A stretch of 64,000 nucleotides of DNA, from contig MTMD02000002.1 of assembly GCA_002010065.2 (NCBI GenBank), positions 448,001 to 512,000 of the forward strand. The letters run 5' to 3'. Of the stretch, positions 1-10,404 are shown one piece after another. Each line of letters begins with the position of its first letter. Positions within the stretch are counted from its first letter, which is position 1. The notes under the pieces are model-generated. The model was not told the origin of the DNA and did no database searches. It worked only from the letters and a program-made list of their open reading frames with translations. A program made the position numbers and the translations under genes. Origin of the DNA: Candidatus Pyrohabitans jungbluthii (lineage in GTDB: Archaea; Hydrothermarchaeota; Hydrothermarchaeia; Hydrothermarchaeales; BMS3B).

Positions 1-1104
1 GTTCTTAATGCCTTTGCAGTCCTTGTCCGGGCGACAGAGCGATGGCGCCTCTCTGCGAATCTTCTCACAGTTGGGAACGAAGTACCAGGGGCTTTTTCCA
101 GAATCTTCTAGCTTAGGCTGCTCAGTGAAGCCGAAGCCTAAGTGATAGCAGATGTTGAGCTTCTCCTGGGGCTGGTCCTCAAAAAGTGGCGGGGAGCATC
201 GCTCCGCGGCTGCGTAGATTACCGGGAGAACCTCCTCTATTATTATGCTTATGTCGCTTATGAAGTCCGCTACCCTCGCGTTCTCACCTGCGTTGAAGGG
301 CGCTATCCGCGCGTAGGAGAGGAAAGATGTTAAGAGCACTGTGATGGCGTAGTTTCTTGAGCCACTTCCCACGCCTGCGAGCGTTGCCTTTATACATGGT
401 GGAAAATGCTCCTCCTTGAGCGACTTGCCCGCGTGCTTTACCAGCACCGGCATGGCTGAAAGAGCTGCGCTGCTCAACGCACTCGCGATCTCCTCCAGGC
501 GCTCATCCTTCGCTACGCTTCCCTCGAGGGAGCGCAGGAAGGCGTCGCATCTCTCAGCGATGCTCTCTGCATAGCACTCAATCGCCTGCCTCAGCGTGAG
601 CAGCGCATACCCCTGAGTAAGATAGAGCTGGGGAAGGCTCAACCTCCGACTTCGCAATACTGGCAAAAGCTCCCCCCAGGGCACAGCGTAGAGTAGGGGC
701 TCACCCTCGTGGGCTGTAAGGAGCCTTACATCACCTTCCTCCAGCTTTACCCCTGCCTGTGTGAGGGTGAGCAGCTCAAAGTCCTCTAGGAGATAAGCCA
801 GAGCCTCCGGGTTAAACCTGCTCGTGCCCCAGCCCTCGCGCTTTACCAGCGCCCACACGCGAGAAGCGATCTGCTTTTTAATAATCTCCTTCGCCGCCCT
901 CGCCTCCTTCGAGGCAAAGCCGCGGAGGGAAGCCGCACTCAGGAGGATGTAAAAGGAAAGCGCATCATCGCGGGGCTCTACATCAAGCCTAACCTCACCA
1001 GCGAGTTTTCTCTTAGCTTCTGTAAAGGCTTCCTTGGTGAACTTGCCCTCTTGAAAGTAGCGCAGCACACGCTTAGAGAAGGGGTTAACAATGGGGTGGA
1101 GCAT
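1..1104 (-). CDS. priL: DNA primase large subunit (runs off window start)
   Basis: Not in ORF track. Manual translation from ATG 1104 gives [12 protein letters not shown]...[37 protein letters not shown]...[24 protein letters not shown], the Fe-S cysteine pattern of Pyrococcus-type PriL; adjacent to PCNA. Confidence 0.93.
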   Translation of the reverse strand, partial: MLHPIVNPFSKRVLRYFQEGKFTKEAFTEAKRKLAGEVRLDVEPRDDALSFYILLSAASLRGFASKEARAAKEIIKKQIASRVWALVKREGWGTSRFNPEALAYLLEDFELLTLTQAGVKLEEGDVRLLTAHEGEPLLYAVPWGELLPVLRSRRLSLPQLYLTQGYALLTLRQAIECYAESIAERCDAFLRSLEGSVAKDERLEEIASALSSAALSAMPVLVKHAGKSLKEEHFPPCIKATLAGVGSGSRNYAITVLLTSFLSYARIAPFNAGENARVADFISDISIIIEEVLPVIYAAAERCSPPLFEDQPQEKLNICYHLGFGFTEQPKLEDSGKSPWYFVPNCEKIRREAPSLCRPDKDCKGIKN

Positions 1105-1157
1105 GTATCTATCTAACTTCCATCCAACTTAAGGTTAATCCAAGCAGGGGAAAAGTG

Positions 1158-1898
1158 TCACTCACTCTCAACGCGTGGCGCTAACAGGAAGCTGAGGCTT
1201 ACCCCTGGAGCAAGAAAGTCAAGCTTCACAGGGATGTCGTTGCCCAGGTTTATCCTCACCGTCGTTGCTATGTCGCCAGCCTTAATCATGTCTTTGAGGT
1301 ACTCTATAGAGAACATGCTCCTGCAGGGTTCGCTCACCTCGAAGCTCACCGCCTCTTCCCTGCTCACCTTCACCTCCACGTTGCCCAAGTCTCCCCTCGC
1401 CGAGATGTAGAGATTCTCAGCGTCGCAGCGCAGCGTCACGTGGTCGCTGAATATCTCCGCGTCCTTAATACCCTCGCTCAGTATCTTCGGGTCTATCTCC
1501 ACCTTTGCAGGAAACTCAAGCTGGGGTACGCGAAGCTCCTCCTCGCCCACGTCTATGAGCGGCAGATCGAAGCGCCTTGTGGCGCTGTTGCGGATTGTGA
1601 TTCTCAGCGAACCTCCATCATCGCTGGTGGAGAGCTCAATCCTGTCGCTGCTCCCTGCACGCTTGAGTATGGTATTTAGCCTGTCCAAATCTATGCCTAG
1701 GGTGAGCGTCTCGTTAACATCATACTCCTCAAAGGCTTCCTTCTCCAGCTTGAAGTCCACCAGAGCAACGTGCGCCGGGTCCATGGCGCGCAGCGCTATT
1801 CCTTCCTGCGAGACGATAACGCCAGCCTCGTCTATCATGTTGGAAATCGCATCTATGCTCGACTTCAAAATTTTGGGATCTGCAAGCGTTGCTTTCAT
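1158..1898 (-). CDS. pcn: DNA polymerase sliding clamp PCNA
   Basis: RAMDPAHVALV motif, C-terminal FLLAPRVE, 246 aa. Confidence 0.98.
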   Translation of the reverse strand: MKATLADPKILKSSIDAISNMIDEAGVIVSQEGIALRAMDPAHVALVDFKLEKEAFEEYDVNETLTLGIDLDRLNTILKRAGSSDRIELSTSDDGGSLRITIRNSATRRFDLPLIDVGEEELRVPQLEFPAKVEIDPKILSEGIKDAEIFSDHVTLRCDAENLYISARGDLGNVEVKVSREEAVSFEVSEPCRSMFSIEYLKDMIKAGDIATTVRINLGNDIPVKLDFLAPGVSLSFLLAPRVESE

Positions 1899-1913
1899 CT
1901 TCTCTCCTCCTTA

Positions 1914-2249
1914 TCAACTTTTAAGCTTCTCTACTGCATACTTCACCTGCTCATAGAGGGCTATGTCCAGTTTGCTCATGTCCTGAATTACTTCAACCTC
2001 AATCTCAACCGCCTCAGCTACGCGCACCCTTCCGAGAACCCTAACTCGCCTTCCCTCCACTGCTCGGGAGAATAGCTCGGGGTCGGCAAAGAGGAGAACC
2101 GCCCTGCCTGTGCCGTCATCGATAAGCGCTGTGCCGCTGGCTTCATCCTTATCTACGATGGTGCCAAGAACGCGCACACGAAACTCCTCACCAGTTATGT
2201 TCGCTATCTCCACCTCCTTTGCAGGAAACCTGCGCTTCTCCTGTGGCAT
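1914..2249 (-). CDS. OB-fold protein, RPA small subunit (RPA3/RPA14-like)
   Basis: RRFPAKEVEIANI...VRVLGTIV...LIDDGTG...VRVLGRV...EVEVIQD resembles Thermococcales RPA14. Confidence 0.75.
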   Translation of the reverse strand: MPQEKRRFPAKEVEIANITGEEFRVRVLGTIVDKDEASGTALIDDGTGRAVLLFADPELFSRAVEGRRVRVLGRVRVAEAVEIEVEVIQDMSKLDIALYEQVKYAVEKLKS

Positions 2250-2251
2250 GC

Positions 2252-2758
2252 CTACTCCCTCAGCTTAACGCTCTTAGCTCCCCTCGCCATTATCGTCTTA
2301 CCTGTGCGCGCAATCTCCTTTATCCCATAGCTCCGCATGAGCTCGATGAAGGCTCTTATCTTGTCCTCATCGCCGGTTATCTCCACCACCATGCTCTGCT
2401 TAGCCACGTCCACGATGCGCCCGCGGAATATGTTAGCGTACTGCACCACCTCAGCGCGCGCCGCCTCGTTCTTCACGCTTACCTTTATCAGTGCCAGCTC
2501 TCGAATAACACTCTCCCGCGGGTTCAGCTCGCTAACCTTCACGACCTCGATGAGCTTATTGAGCTGCTTCATCACCTGCTCAAGGGTAACTCTGTCGCCG
2601 CGTACTGTCATGGTAATTCGTGAGATGCCAGGAATTTCAGTCTCGCCCACGGAGATACTGTCTATGTTGAAGTTGCGCTTTCTCAGCAAACCAGAGACGC
2701 GTTGCATGACGCCGGGGCGATCCTCCACGAGGGCGACGATGTAGTGGGTATCCTCCAT
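2252..2758 (-). CDS. ilvH: Acetolactate synthase small (regulatory) subunit
   Basis: ACT domain VEDRPGVMQRVSGLLRKRNFNIDSISVG, EIARTG; follows ilvB. Confidence 0.96.
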   Translation of the reverse strand: MEDTHYIVALVEDRPGVMQRVSGLLRKRNFNIDSISVGETEIPGISRITMTVRGDRVTLEQVMKQLNKLIEVVKVSELNPRESVIRELALIKVSVKNEAARAEVVQYANIFRGRIVDVAKQSMVVEITGDEDKIRAFIELMRSYGIKEIARTGKTIMARGAKSVKLRE

Positions 2759-2767
2759 TCAGACCAC

Positions 2768-4444
2768 CTACTCAATAATGTCCTTAAGGCACCTGCCAGG
2801 CGGCACCATGGGGAAGATGTTGCACTCCCTGTCTATGATGAAGTCTATCACCGCCGGCTTGCCCGCATCGAAGGCTTCGCTGAGTGCGTCGCGTATCTCC
2901 CCCGGCTTCTCCACGCGTAAGCCCAGCGCTCCGAAGGCTTCTGCAACCTTAACGAAGTCCGGCGAGCTACCAAGGTTAACCGCGGAGTAGCGGCGGTCGT
3001 AGAATAGCTCCTGCCACTGGCGCACCATTCCCAAATAGCGGTTGTCAAAGACCGCAACCACCACGTTAATGTTATTCTCAACCACAGTTGCAAGCTCCTG
3101 AATGTTCATGAGAAAGCTCCCATCGCCAGCGATGTCTATCACCTTAGCCTCAGGCCTCGCCACCTTGGCGCCCATAGCCGCAGGAAAGCCGAATCCCATT
3201 GTGCCAAGTCCACCAGAGGATATAAAGGTGCGGGGCTTCGTCCTGCCAAGGTAGTGGTGCGCCCACATCTGGCACTGCCCAACTTCGGTGGTGACGATAT
3301 CCTCTTCACCTAAGAAGTCCATTATCTCCTTTATAACGCGGTGCGGCTTCAGCGGGATGTCGTCGTAGTCCATGCGCGGATTGAACTCCTTCTTCCAGCG
3401 CTGAACTTTTTCCACCCAGGCTTTTGTTTTAGCCTGCCTCATCATCTCCCTGAGCACGCGAAGAAGCTGGCGAAGAACGCGCTTAGCATCTCCGACTACA
3501 GGAATGTCTGCGCGAACATTCTTACCTATCTCCGCTGGGTCTATGTCTATGTGGATTATCTTCGCTTCGGGGGCGAAGCAGCTCACCATGCCCGTGCTTC
3601 TGTCGCTGAATCTCGTGCCAATGGCGATGAGCAGGTCAGCATCGGTAACCGCATAGTTTGCAGCCTTGCGCCCGTGCATTCCTAGCACACCAAGAGCGAG
3701 GGGGTGCGACTCGGGAAAGCTGCCCTTGCCCATGAGCGTCGTAACCACAGGCGCCATGATTAGCTCTGCCAGCTCCATAAGCTCTGGCGAAGCACCTGAG
3801 ATTATCACACCCCCGCCAGCGAGTATAACGGGACGCTCCGCCTCGAGTATCGCCTTTGCAGCGGCTTTTATCTGCCTTGGATGCCCCTCGTAGGTGGGCT
3901 TATAGCCCACGATCTCAACCTTATCAGGGAACTCAACCTCGGCTTCACCTTCCTGCATGTCCTTGGGGAGGTCTATGAGCACAGGACCAGGTCTGCCCGT
4001 CTGCGCGATGTGGAATGCCCTTTTTATAACCTCAGGTATCTCCGCTACGCTGCGAATCTGGAAGTTGTGCTTGGTTATTGGCATAGTTATGCCTATAACG
4101 TCTGTCTCCTGAAAGGCGTCCTTGCCTATGAAGGGCGTCGCAACTTGGCCTGTGAAGGCTACCACTGGCGATGAGTCCATGTAGGCTGTGGCGATTCCCG
4201 TGGTAAGGTTTGTTGCTCCCGGTCCTGAGGTGGCGCTGCACACACCCGCTTTGCCCTGGACTCGGGCGTAGCCATCGGCAGCATGCGCTGCCCCCTGCTC
4301 ATGGCGCGTGAGTATGTGCCTTATGTTGGCGTCATAGAGTTCGTCGTAGAGCGGAATCGACGCGCCGCCAGGAATACCAAAGATAACCTCAACGCCTTCT
4401 CTTTCCAGAGCCTTGACTATCGCCTCAGCACCCTTCATCCTCAT
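2768..4444 (-). CDS. ilvB: Acetolactate synthase large subunit
   Basis: IFGIPGG, RHEQGAAHAADGYAR, GDGSFLMN..E TPP motif, GMVRQWQ; start may be 4453, 4444 or 4438. Confidence 0.97.
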   Translation of the reverse strand: MRMKGAEAIVKALEREGVEVIFGIPGGASIPLYDELYDANIRHILTRHEQGAAHAADGYARVQGKAGVCSATSGPGATNLTTGIATAYMDSSPVVAFTGQVATPFIGKDAFQETDVIGITMPITKHNFQIRSVAEIPEVIKRAFHIAQTGRPGPVLIDLPKDMQEGEAEVEFPDKVEIVGYKPTYEGHPRQIKAAAKAILEAERPVILAGGGVIISGASPELMELAELIMAPVVTTLMGKGSFPESHPLALGVLGMHGRKAANYAVTDADLLIAIGTRFSDRSTGMVSCFAPEAKIIHIDIDPAEIGKNVRADIPVVGDAKRVLRQLLRVLREMMRQAKTKAWVEKVQRWKKEFNPRMDYDDIPLKPHRVIKEIMDFLGEEDIVTTEVGQCQMWAHHYLGRTKPRTFISSGGLGTMGFGFPAAMGAKVARPEAKVIDIAGDGSFLMNIQELATVVENNINVVVAVFDNRYLGMVRQWQELFYDRRYSAVNLGSSPDFVKVAEAFGALGLRVEKPGEIRDALSEAFDAGKPAVIDFIIDRECNIFPMVPPGRCLKDIIE

Positions 4445-4542
4445 CGAAAGCACCCGCTTTCTTTCACTATTCTACATGCATCATTAAAAACCTTTTCTTC
4501 ACCTCACCCCGAAAGCCTTAACCCGAGCTTCACTGCGTGCTA

Positions 4543-5904
4543 CTACCCCAGATGCTGAAGCAACAGCGAGGCGAGTGTGAAGTAAACCACCAGCCCGGTT
4601 ATATCCTGCGTGGTAGTCATAAAGGGACCGCTGGCAATCGCCGGGTCTATCTTCAGCTTTTCAAAAATCCAGGGTATAACCACGCCCATAACGCTGGCTA
4701 AGCTCATTGCACAGAACATGGCTACGCCCACGATTAGACCTATAATAGGCTTTCCAACGAGAAGCTGTGCGAAGACCGCGACGGCAGCGCCTGCAAGCAG
4801 AGCCATGGTTATGCCTATCTTAACCTCGCGTAGAAGATAGCGCAGCCTGTCAGAAATCTCCTTCGTAGCAAGACCGCGGATGAATATCGTCGAGGTCTGC
4901 AAACCAACGTTTCCCCCCATGGTCATTATCGCGGGCACGAAGAGGGAGAGGGCAACCACTGAAGCGAGGGCCTCTTCGAAGCGCTTAAGTATACTCGCCG
5001 CCACTAGGCCATCGCCGAGGAGTGCCACCAGAAGCCAGGGCAGGCGAGCCTTTACCACCTCTATCGCCGGCGCTTCGATAAGCCTGTCCACCCCAACGCC
5101 AGTACCCGCGATCTGACCCATGTCCTCGACGATCTCCTCCTCAATAACGTCCACCACGTCGTCTACCGTTACTATGCCCACAAGTTTTCCCTCTTTGTCA
5201 ACCACTGGCACAGCGGCAAGGTCATAGTCGGCGACGATCTTGGCCACCTCTTCCTGGTCCATCTCTAAAGGCACAGAGATTACATCAGGATTCATCACCT
5301 CCCCCAGCTTCCTTTTACCCGGAGCGAGCACAAGTTCGCGGAGGGAAAGCACCCCCACGAGCTTGCCCTTCTCGTCAACCACGTAGAGGTAGTAGATGGT
5401 TTCATACTCACCCGCGTGCTGACGTATGAACCTGATCGCCTCCTCAACCGTCATATCCTTGGGCAGCGCTAGCACGCGTGTTGTCATTAGTCCGCCTGCA
5501 GAGTCGCTGGGATGGCGGAGCAGAGCTCGTGCTTCAAGGCGAAGCTTCTCTGGCATGTACTGCATTATCGCCTGCCTTACCTCCGGGCTGAGGAGCGAGA
5601 GCACATCGGCGCGCTCGTCCGGCTGGAGATGCAGCAGAAGTTCCGCTGCAGCGCGAGGCGGGAGGAGTTCTAAAAGCTCCGCCTGGATTTCATCGCGAAG
5701 CTCCGGCAGAAACTGGGCAACGAGCTTTGGAGAGAGTCGCGTCAGCACCTGCCTGCGCTGCTCGTCCTTCAGGCTCTGCACAAACTCGCTCAAATCGTGG
5801 GGGTGGAGCTTTGCTATCTCCTGCTCAAGCTCCTCCCACTCTCTCTCTTCTATGAGCCACTGCAATCGCCTTTCTGTAGCCTCGTCAACGGCTATGAAAA
5901 TCAC
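4543..5904 (-). CDS. mgtE: Magnesium transporter MgtE
   Basis: N-terminal helical domain, CBS pair, RLPWLL, GGNVGLQ, DPAIASGPFMTTTQD. Confidence 0.96.
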   Translation of the reverse strand: MIFIAVDEATERRLQWLIEEREWEELEQEIAKLHPHDLSEFVQSLKDEQRRQVLTRLSPKLVAQFLPELRDEIQAELLELLPPRAAAELLLHLQPDERADVLSLLSPEVRQAIMQYMPEKLRLEARALLRHPSDSAGGLMTTRVLALPKDMTVEEAIRFIRQHAGEYETIYYLYVVDEKGKLVGVLSLRELVLAPGKRKLGEVMNPDVISVPLEMDQEEVAKIVADYDLAAVPVVDKEGKLVGIVTVDDVVDVIEEEIVEDMGQIAGTGVGVDRLIEAPAIEVVKARLPWLLVALLGDGLVAASILKRFEEALASVVALSLFVPAIMTMGGNVGLQTSTIFIRGLATKEISDRLRYLLREVKIGITMALLAGAAVAVFAQLLVGKPIIGLIVGVAMFCAMSLASVMGVVIPWIFEKLKIDPAIASGPFMTTTQDITGLVVYFTLASLLLQHLG

Positions 5905-5998
5905 TCTCCTTTTTCTACCTTGATAATTTTGAGCGAGGCAGGAATATATAGTTGACTAATATTTAAGCTTGCTGTGGGTGCCCAAAAGAAAAGTAGCC

Positions 5999-7300
5999 TT
6001 ATCTCAGCCTCTCGGGCACCACCTGCTTTGCAGTTAAATCCTCGAAATCCTCGGCGTAGCGTATGAGCTCCGCCTTTCCATTATTCACCAGCACCTCAGC
6101 GCAGCGTGGACGGGAGTTGTACTGCGAAGCCATGACAAAGCCGTACGCGCCAGCGTCAAGAAAGGCTAAAACGTCACCCTTCTCTATCTCCGGCAGCAGC
6201 CTGTCCTTCGCAAGCAAATCGCCGCTCTCGCACAGGTTGCCGGCGATGGTGACTTCCTCGGCTGGAGCGAGAGAAGCCTTATTCGCTACAACCACATCAT
6301 GATGAGAGCCATACATCGCTGGCCTTATAAGAAGGTTGAATCCAGCGTCGCAGCCTATAAACTTCTTATATGGGGTGCGCTTTGTGGTGTAAACCCGCGC
6401 CAGCATTACTCCAGCGTCGCCCACGATGTAGCGCCCAGGCTCGAAGAGAAGCTTGGGCTTTCTTAACGAATACTCAGCCAGCTTCTCTTCAATTATGGGC
6501 AGTATCGCCTCAGCCAGCTGCGCTGGGGTAATATAGGGCTGCTCACCCGAGTAGCGGATTCCCACACCTCCGCCAAGGTCGGCGAACTCCAGCTCCAAGC
6601 CAAGCTCTCTCTTCAGCCTGCCCATGATATCAAAAAGCCTGCGCGTCGCCTCCTCGTAGGGCTCTGTCTTGGTAATCTGCGAACCTATGTGCATATGTAT
6701 TCCTACGACGTTTAAACGTGAGCAGCGCATCGCCCGCTCGTATGCTTTGAGCACAATATCTTCATGAATGCCGAACTTGCTCTCCCGTAAGCCAGTCGCA
6801 AGGTGGGGATGCGTCTCCGGCGAGACTTCGGGGTTCACCCTGAATGAGACATTAGCCTCAGCATTCTCGGCTTCCACAATATCAATCAGCCTCTCAAGCT
6901 CATGAAGCGAGTCCAAGTTAATAATCACCCCTGCCTCCACCGCCTTCTCTAACTCGCGGTCGCTCTTGTTGTTTCCCGTAAAGATAATCTTGTCTCCAGG
7001 CAAACCAACCTTGAGCGCTAGGTAGAGCTCTCCCTCACTCACTATGTCAGCACCTGCACCCTCGCTACGCAGAATGTGGAGTATCGCAAGCGAAGTGTTG
7101 GCCTTGTATGCGTAGCACACCTCCACGTCACCGTAGCCTGCGAAGGCATCGCGAAACTCGCGATAGCGCCCGCGAATGCGCTGTTCATCGTACACATAGA
7201 GAGGAGTGCCGTACTTCTCCGCAAGCTCCACCAGATCGGCGCCGCCCAGCGCGAGGTGTCCGCGCTCGTTTATGCTCAGATGGGGTCGGAAGTCGAGCAT
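5999..7300 (-). CDS. lysA: Diaminopimelate decarboxylase
   Basis: YAYKAN PLP lysine, HMHIGSQI, EPGRYIV, CESGD, YNSRPR. Confidence 0.97.
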   Translation of the reverse strand: MLDFRPHLSINERGHLALGGADLVELAEKYGTPLYVYDEQRIRGRYREFRDAFAGYGDVEVCYAYKANTSLAILHILRSEGAGADIVSEGELYLALKVGLPGDKIIFTGNNKSDRELEKAVEAGVIINLDSLHELERLIDIVEAENAEANVSFRVNPEVSPETHPHLATGLRESKFGIHEDIVLKAYERAMRCSRLNVVGIHMHIGSQITKTEPYEEATRRLFDIMGRLKRELGLELEFADLGGGVGIRYSGEQPYITPAQLAEAILPIIEEKLAEYSLRKPKLLFEPGRYIVGDAGVMLARVYTTKRTPYKKFIGCDAGFNLLIRPAMYGSHHDVVVANKASLAPAEEVTIAGNLCESGDLLAKDRLLPEIEKGDVLAFLDAGAYGFVMASQYNSRPRCAEVLVNNGKAELIRYAEDFEDLTAKQVVPERLR

Positions 7301-7351
7301 AGTGTATCACCTGGGATTATATCTTGTTATAATATAATTAAAAACTCACTT

Positions 7352-8527
7352 TTACTCCTCCTTCTCCTCCCTCCTCCCCCTCTCTGCAATCTCCCGCATG
7401 TCATCGTATATCTCCCTGGAAAGCTCGTCGAAGTCGGCTATGCGCCTGCGCAGCAGCTTGAACTTCTCAAACACCCGAGAAAAGCGTTCACTCACCTCCC
7501 CGCGGTTGCGCAGCATTCTGCCCAGCTGGTACAGGTAGCGTATCCTGTCGGAGCGGCGAATGCCTGAGTAGAGCACAGTAACCTCAAGGCTGCGCTTGTC
7601 GCTCGCTGGCAGGTCACCGCCTCTAACCTCGCCCTCAAGCTGTTTCTCAATCCATAGCCTGGAGGGTATGCTCCCCAGAAAGTCCAGGTAACGCCTTGGC
7701 CCTGAGACAACCACCAGGGCGCGCTTCGCCGCCGCCAGATCGAAGCTCACCAGCGTAGCCTGAGAAGCTTTTTTGGTCAGGTGTACCACAAGCTCGGGCT
7801 TATCCAGGTTTTCCTCCCCGCCGCCAAAGAGCGAGCCTGAGCTTCGCATCTCCTTGCCGGCTAAACCTATGCTCGAGACACCCGAAAGGGTATTTATCAC
7901 GTCGGTTGCGCCCAGCACATTGCTCCCCAGCTCTTCTGGCGCACGGTATTCGCCAACCTCGAAGAGATTGTTGAAGTACCTGAAGATCTTCTCGTTAATC
8001 ACATTGAGCTGCCCCTGGACGCGGAGCCCTTCGCTCAGCGCCTCATTGTCCACAGGAAAGACGGCATCGCTCTTGGCAACTATCGGTTTAAAACTCTCTG
8101 AGAAGTTTATAAGTGCGCGGTCAACATCCTGCTCGCTTGGTAAGATGCCCAGGTAGTACACCGGCTCTGTGTAGCTCTTCTTAAGCTCATCTATAAGCAT
8201 GTCCACGCCACCGCCTGTGCCCCCGCCGAAGGCTGAGATCACAAGCAGGCAGTCGAAGGTATCCTTCACGCGGTCTATCAGCTCGACGACGTTGTACTTC
8301 TCCTCATCCAGAATCTGCCTCCCCATCTCAATGTCGTAGTTTGTGCCGTTGCCGTCAAGCAAGCGCTCGCCAAGGAGGAGCTTGTGCTTATGCGGTAATG
8401 CAGCGAGCGTAAGGGCATCGCTGTCTAAAAGCACGCCAGTGTAGGGTACCCTGGAGCGACCTTCCTTTAGAAATACGCTTGCAATCTTACATCCAGCCCT
8501 GCCGACGCCTACAATCAGCGGCTTCAA
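7352..8527 (-). CDS. Divergent tubulin/FtsZ-family (CetZ-like) protein with C-terminal coiled coil
   Basis: IVGVGRAGCKIA, GGGTGGG signature, VDNE, T7-like NVLGATDVINTL, GEVRGGDLP; TTG start. Confidence 0.85.
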   Translation of the reverse strand: MKPLIVGVGRAGCKIASVFLKEGRSRVPYTGVLLDSDALTLAALPHKHKLLLGERLLDGNGTNYDIEMGRQILDEEKYNVVELIDRVKDTFDCLLVISAFGGGTGGGVDMLIDELKKSYTEPVYYLGILPSEQDVDRALINFSESFKPIVAKSDAVFPVDNEALSEGLRVQGQLNVINEKIFRYFNNLFEVGEYRAPEELGSNVLGATDVINTLSGVSSIGLAGKEMRSSGSLFGGGEENLDKPELVVHLTKKASQATLVSFDLAAAKRALVVVSGPRRYLDFLGSIPSRLWIEKQLEGEVRGGDLPASDKRSLEVTVLYSGIRRSDRIRYLYQLGRMLRNRGEVSERFSRVFEKFKLLRRRIADFDELSREIYDDMREIAERGRREEKEE

Positions 8528-8544
8528 TTGCTTCTCTCCCTACT

Positions 8545-9363
8545 TCAGCCCAGTTCTCCCGTTCTCTGCTTAATGAAGAACACAACCAAGGCAATTACAA
8601 TCACACCAGCTATGACAAGGAGATACTTTTTGAGGCTGGACTTCTTCTCCGCCGCCTGCGCCTTCTCTTTCGCCTCCTTTATTATATCCTCAAGCAGGGC
8701 GAGGGAACTCTCGGCATTCTGCTTTGCCAGATCCACATTACCCCTGTCGTGGAGCTTCTTAGCGGTGTTTAGGGTATCCTTCGCGGTTTCAAGGCGTTTT
8801 TTGAGGCTTTCCACATCCACTCCGCGCTTCTCAAGCTCGTTAACCAGTTCCTCAGCTTCGCTCAGCTTAACCTCTGCCCTGCTTATCTCGCTGAGCGCAG
8901 CACTTATCAATTCGTTGGTCACGTCCAAGTAAAGGGAAGTCTCCTCCTGGTAACCCTTGTTGTCCTCGTCATAGTAAACATACGTGGAGACCTTGACAAC
9001 CTGTATGCGGGTGAGCTTGCTAACAGATGGAGCGTTGCCCACAAGCTTTATTGACACGCTCTTAAGCCCCTTGGGTAGAGGAATTTCAATCTCATTGCCA
9101 TAGTAGGTGTTAGCCTCGCCTCCGTCGAAGATTACGGTGGTGGTGGGGTTGTCCAGCCCTATGGTTATATTCAGCCTTGCCTCCTGAGGCTCGGGCCCAA
9201 GCTTCTTCAGCACCACATCAACTGCAACAGGGTCGCCAATCCTCGCAACCCCAACGGGTGAAACCTTCTGTTCCTCCACTGCCAGGTAGTCGGCAGATAT
9301 CTCAGCAGCTAAGGTAATACCAACGGCAACAATCATGGCAACTACAATAGGTAGAGCTTTCAT
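8545..9363 (-). CDS. Type-I membrane protein (signal peptide, beta-rich domain, coiled coil, C-terminal TM helix)
   Basis: Hydrophobic N-terminus MKALPIVVAMIVAVGITLA, E/K/A-rich heptads, TM YLLVIAGVIVIALVVFFI, tail KQRTGELG. Confidence 0.8.
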   Translation of the reverse strand: MKALPIVVAMIVAVGITLAAEISADYLAVEEQKVSPVGVARIGDPVAVDVVLKKLGPEPQEARLNITIGLDNPTTTVIFDGGEANTYYGNEIEIPLPKGLKSVSIKLVGNAPSVSKLTRIQVVKVSTYVYYDEDNKGYQEETSLYLDVTNELISAALSEISRAEVKLSEAEELVNELEKRGVDVESLKKRLETAKDTLNTAKKLHDRGNVDLAKQNAESSLALLEDIIKEAKEKAQAAEKKSSLKKYLLVIAGVIVIALVVFFIKQRTGELG

Positions 9364-9378
9364 ACATCTTTCCTCCTG

Positions 9379-10395
9379 TTACAGAGGGCTTATGTCCTCA
9401 AGAAGGTCCTCCAACTCAGGAGAAAGCCTTTTCTCCTCCTTCTCCTCCTTGACCTCATAGCTCCTGATTATATCATCTACACCAGTAATTATCATCCCAA
9501 TATTTAAATGTTTAGACCCAAAAACCTCATGAGAGGAAAAGCTCACCTCAGCCCCAAGCTTGTTCTTAACCCACTCCACAGCGAAGCCCTCGCCGTATAC
9601 GTTGCGAACATCTCCATTTATAAGCAGGAGTATCTTCTCAGGCTTTACATCCTCAAGGTTTATGTAGATGTGGTCTCGCAGCATCCTGCTTATTATATCC
9701 TTTGCCGAGATGTGCTCAGCTTTTATCCGCATAAATCCAATCGTCGCCTTCTTGCCCTCGACCTCCTTCGCCACGAGCACGGGGTCGGCGATGCTCATGA
9801 AGTTGGTTATCGTCGCGGTTATGGTTGCGTGGCTCCTACCTAGGTCTTCGCCGCGCGATGTCAGCACATTGTTGTCCAGAAAAAGCGCACCATCAACCTT
9901 GCTCACGACCTCATGGAAATACTTGCCAACATTTTTGATGTAGTGCAGCCCCTCGCCGCGAGAAGGCAGAAGAAAGATGCCAACCACAGGTACGCGATAA
10001 TACTTCCTAAGTCGCTCTGCAATCACAGGCGCACCGCCAGTGCCGGTGCCTCCTCCTAAGCCGGCAATAACAAAGAACACCTCTGGCTTCTCTGTGTTCG
10101 CCTTCCTCACAGCGTTCATCGCAAGCTCTATCTCCTCCTCCATTATCTTCCGCCCAAGCTCGACATCAGCACCCGTGCCGTGTCCCTTAGCTCTGCTCCT
10201 CCCTATTAGCACGCGGTTTTCCACAGGCAGGTGCTTTAGTGCGGAGATCGCCTCGGAGGTGTCGATGCCAACGCCTCTGAGCTCTTCCTGCTTGGAAGGA
10301 GCAAGAAGGCTGAAAAGGCTGGAGAGAGGGTCTTTTTTGTAGAAAGCATCAACTATCCTGCAGCCAGCTCCGCCTACGCCAACTAGGGAGAACAT
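9379..10395 (-). CDS. Divergent tubulin/FtsZ-family (CetZ-like) protein lacking a recognisable T7 loop
   Basis: LVGVGGAGCRIVD, GHGTGAD, GLGGGTGTGG, LDNN. Confidence 0.85.
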   Translation of the reverse strand: MFSLVGVGGAGCRIVDAFYKKDPLSSLFSLLAPSKQEELRGVGIDTSEAISALKHLPVENRVLIGRSRAKGHGTGADVELGRKIMEEEIELAMNAVRKANTEKPEVFFVIAGLGGGTGTGGAPVIAERLRKYYRVPVVGIFLLPSRGEGLHYIKNVGKYFHEVVSKVDGALFLDNNVLTSRGEDLGRSHATITATITNFMSIADPVLVAKEVEGKKATIGFMRIKAEHISAKDIISRMLRDHIYINLEDVKPEKILLLINGDVRNVYGEGFAVEWVKNKLGAEVSFSSHEVFGSKHLNIGMIITGVDDIIRSYEVKEEKEEKRLSPELEDLLEDISPL

Positions 10396-10404
10396 CCACC
10401 CACC

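Noticed and set aside
142-333. 63-aa plus-strand ORF
   Set aside because: Antisense shadow of priL
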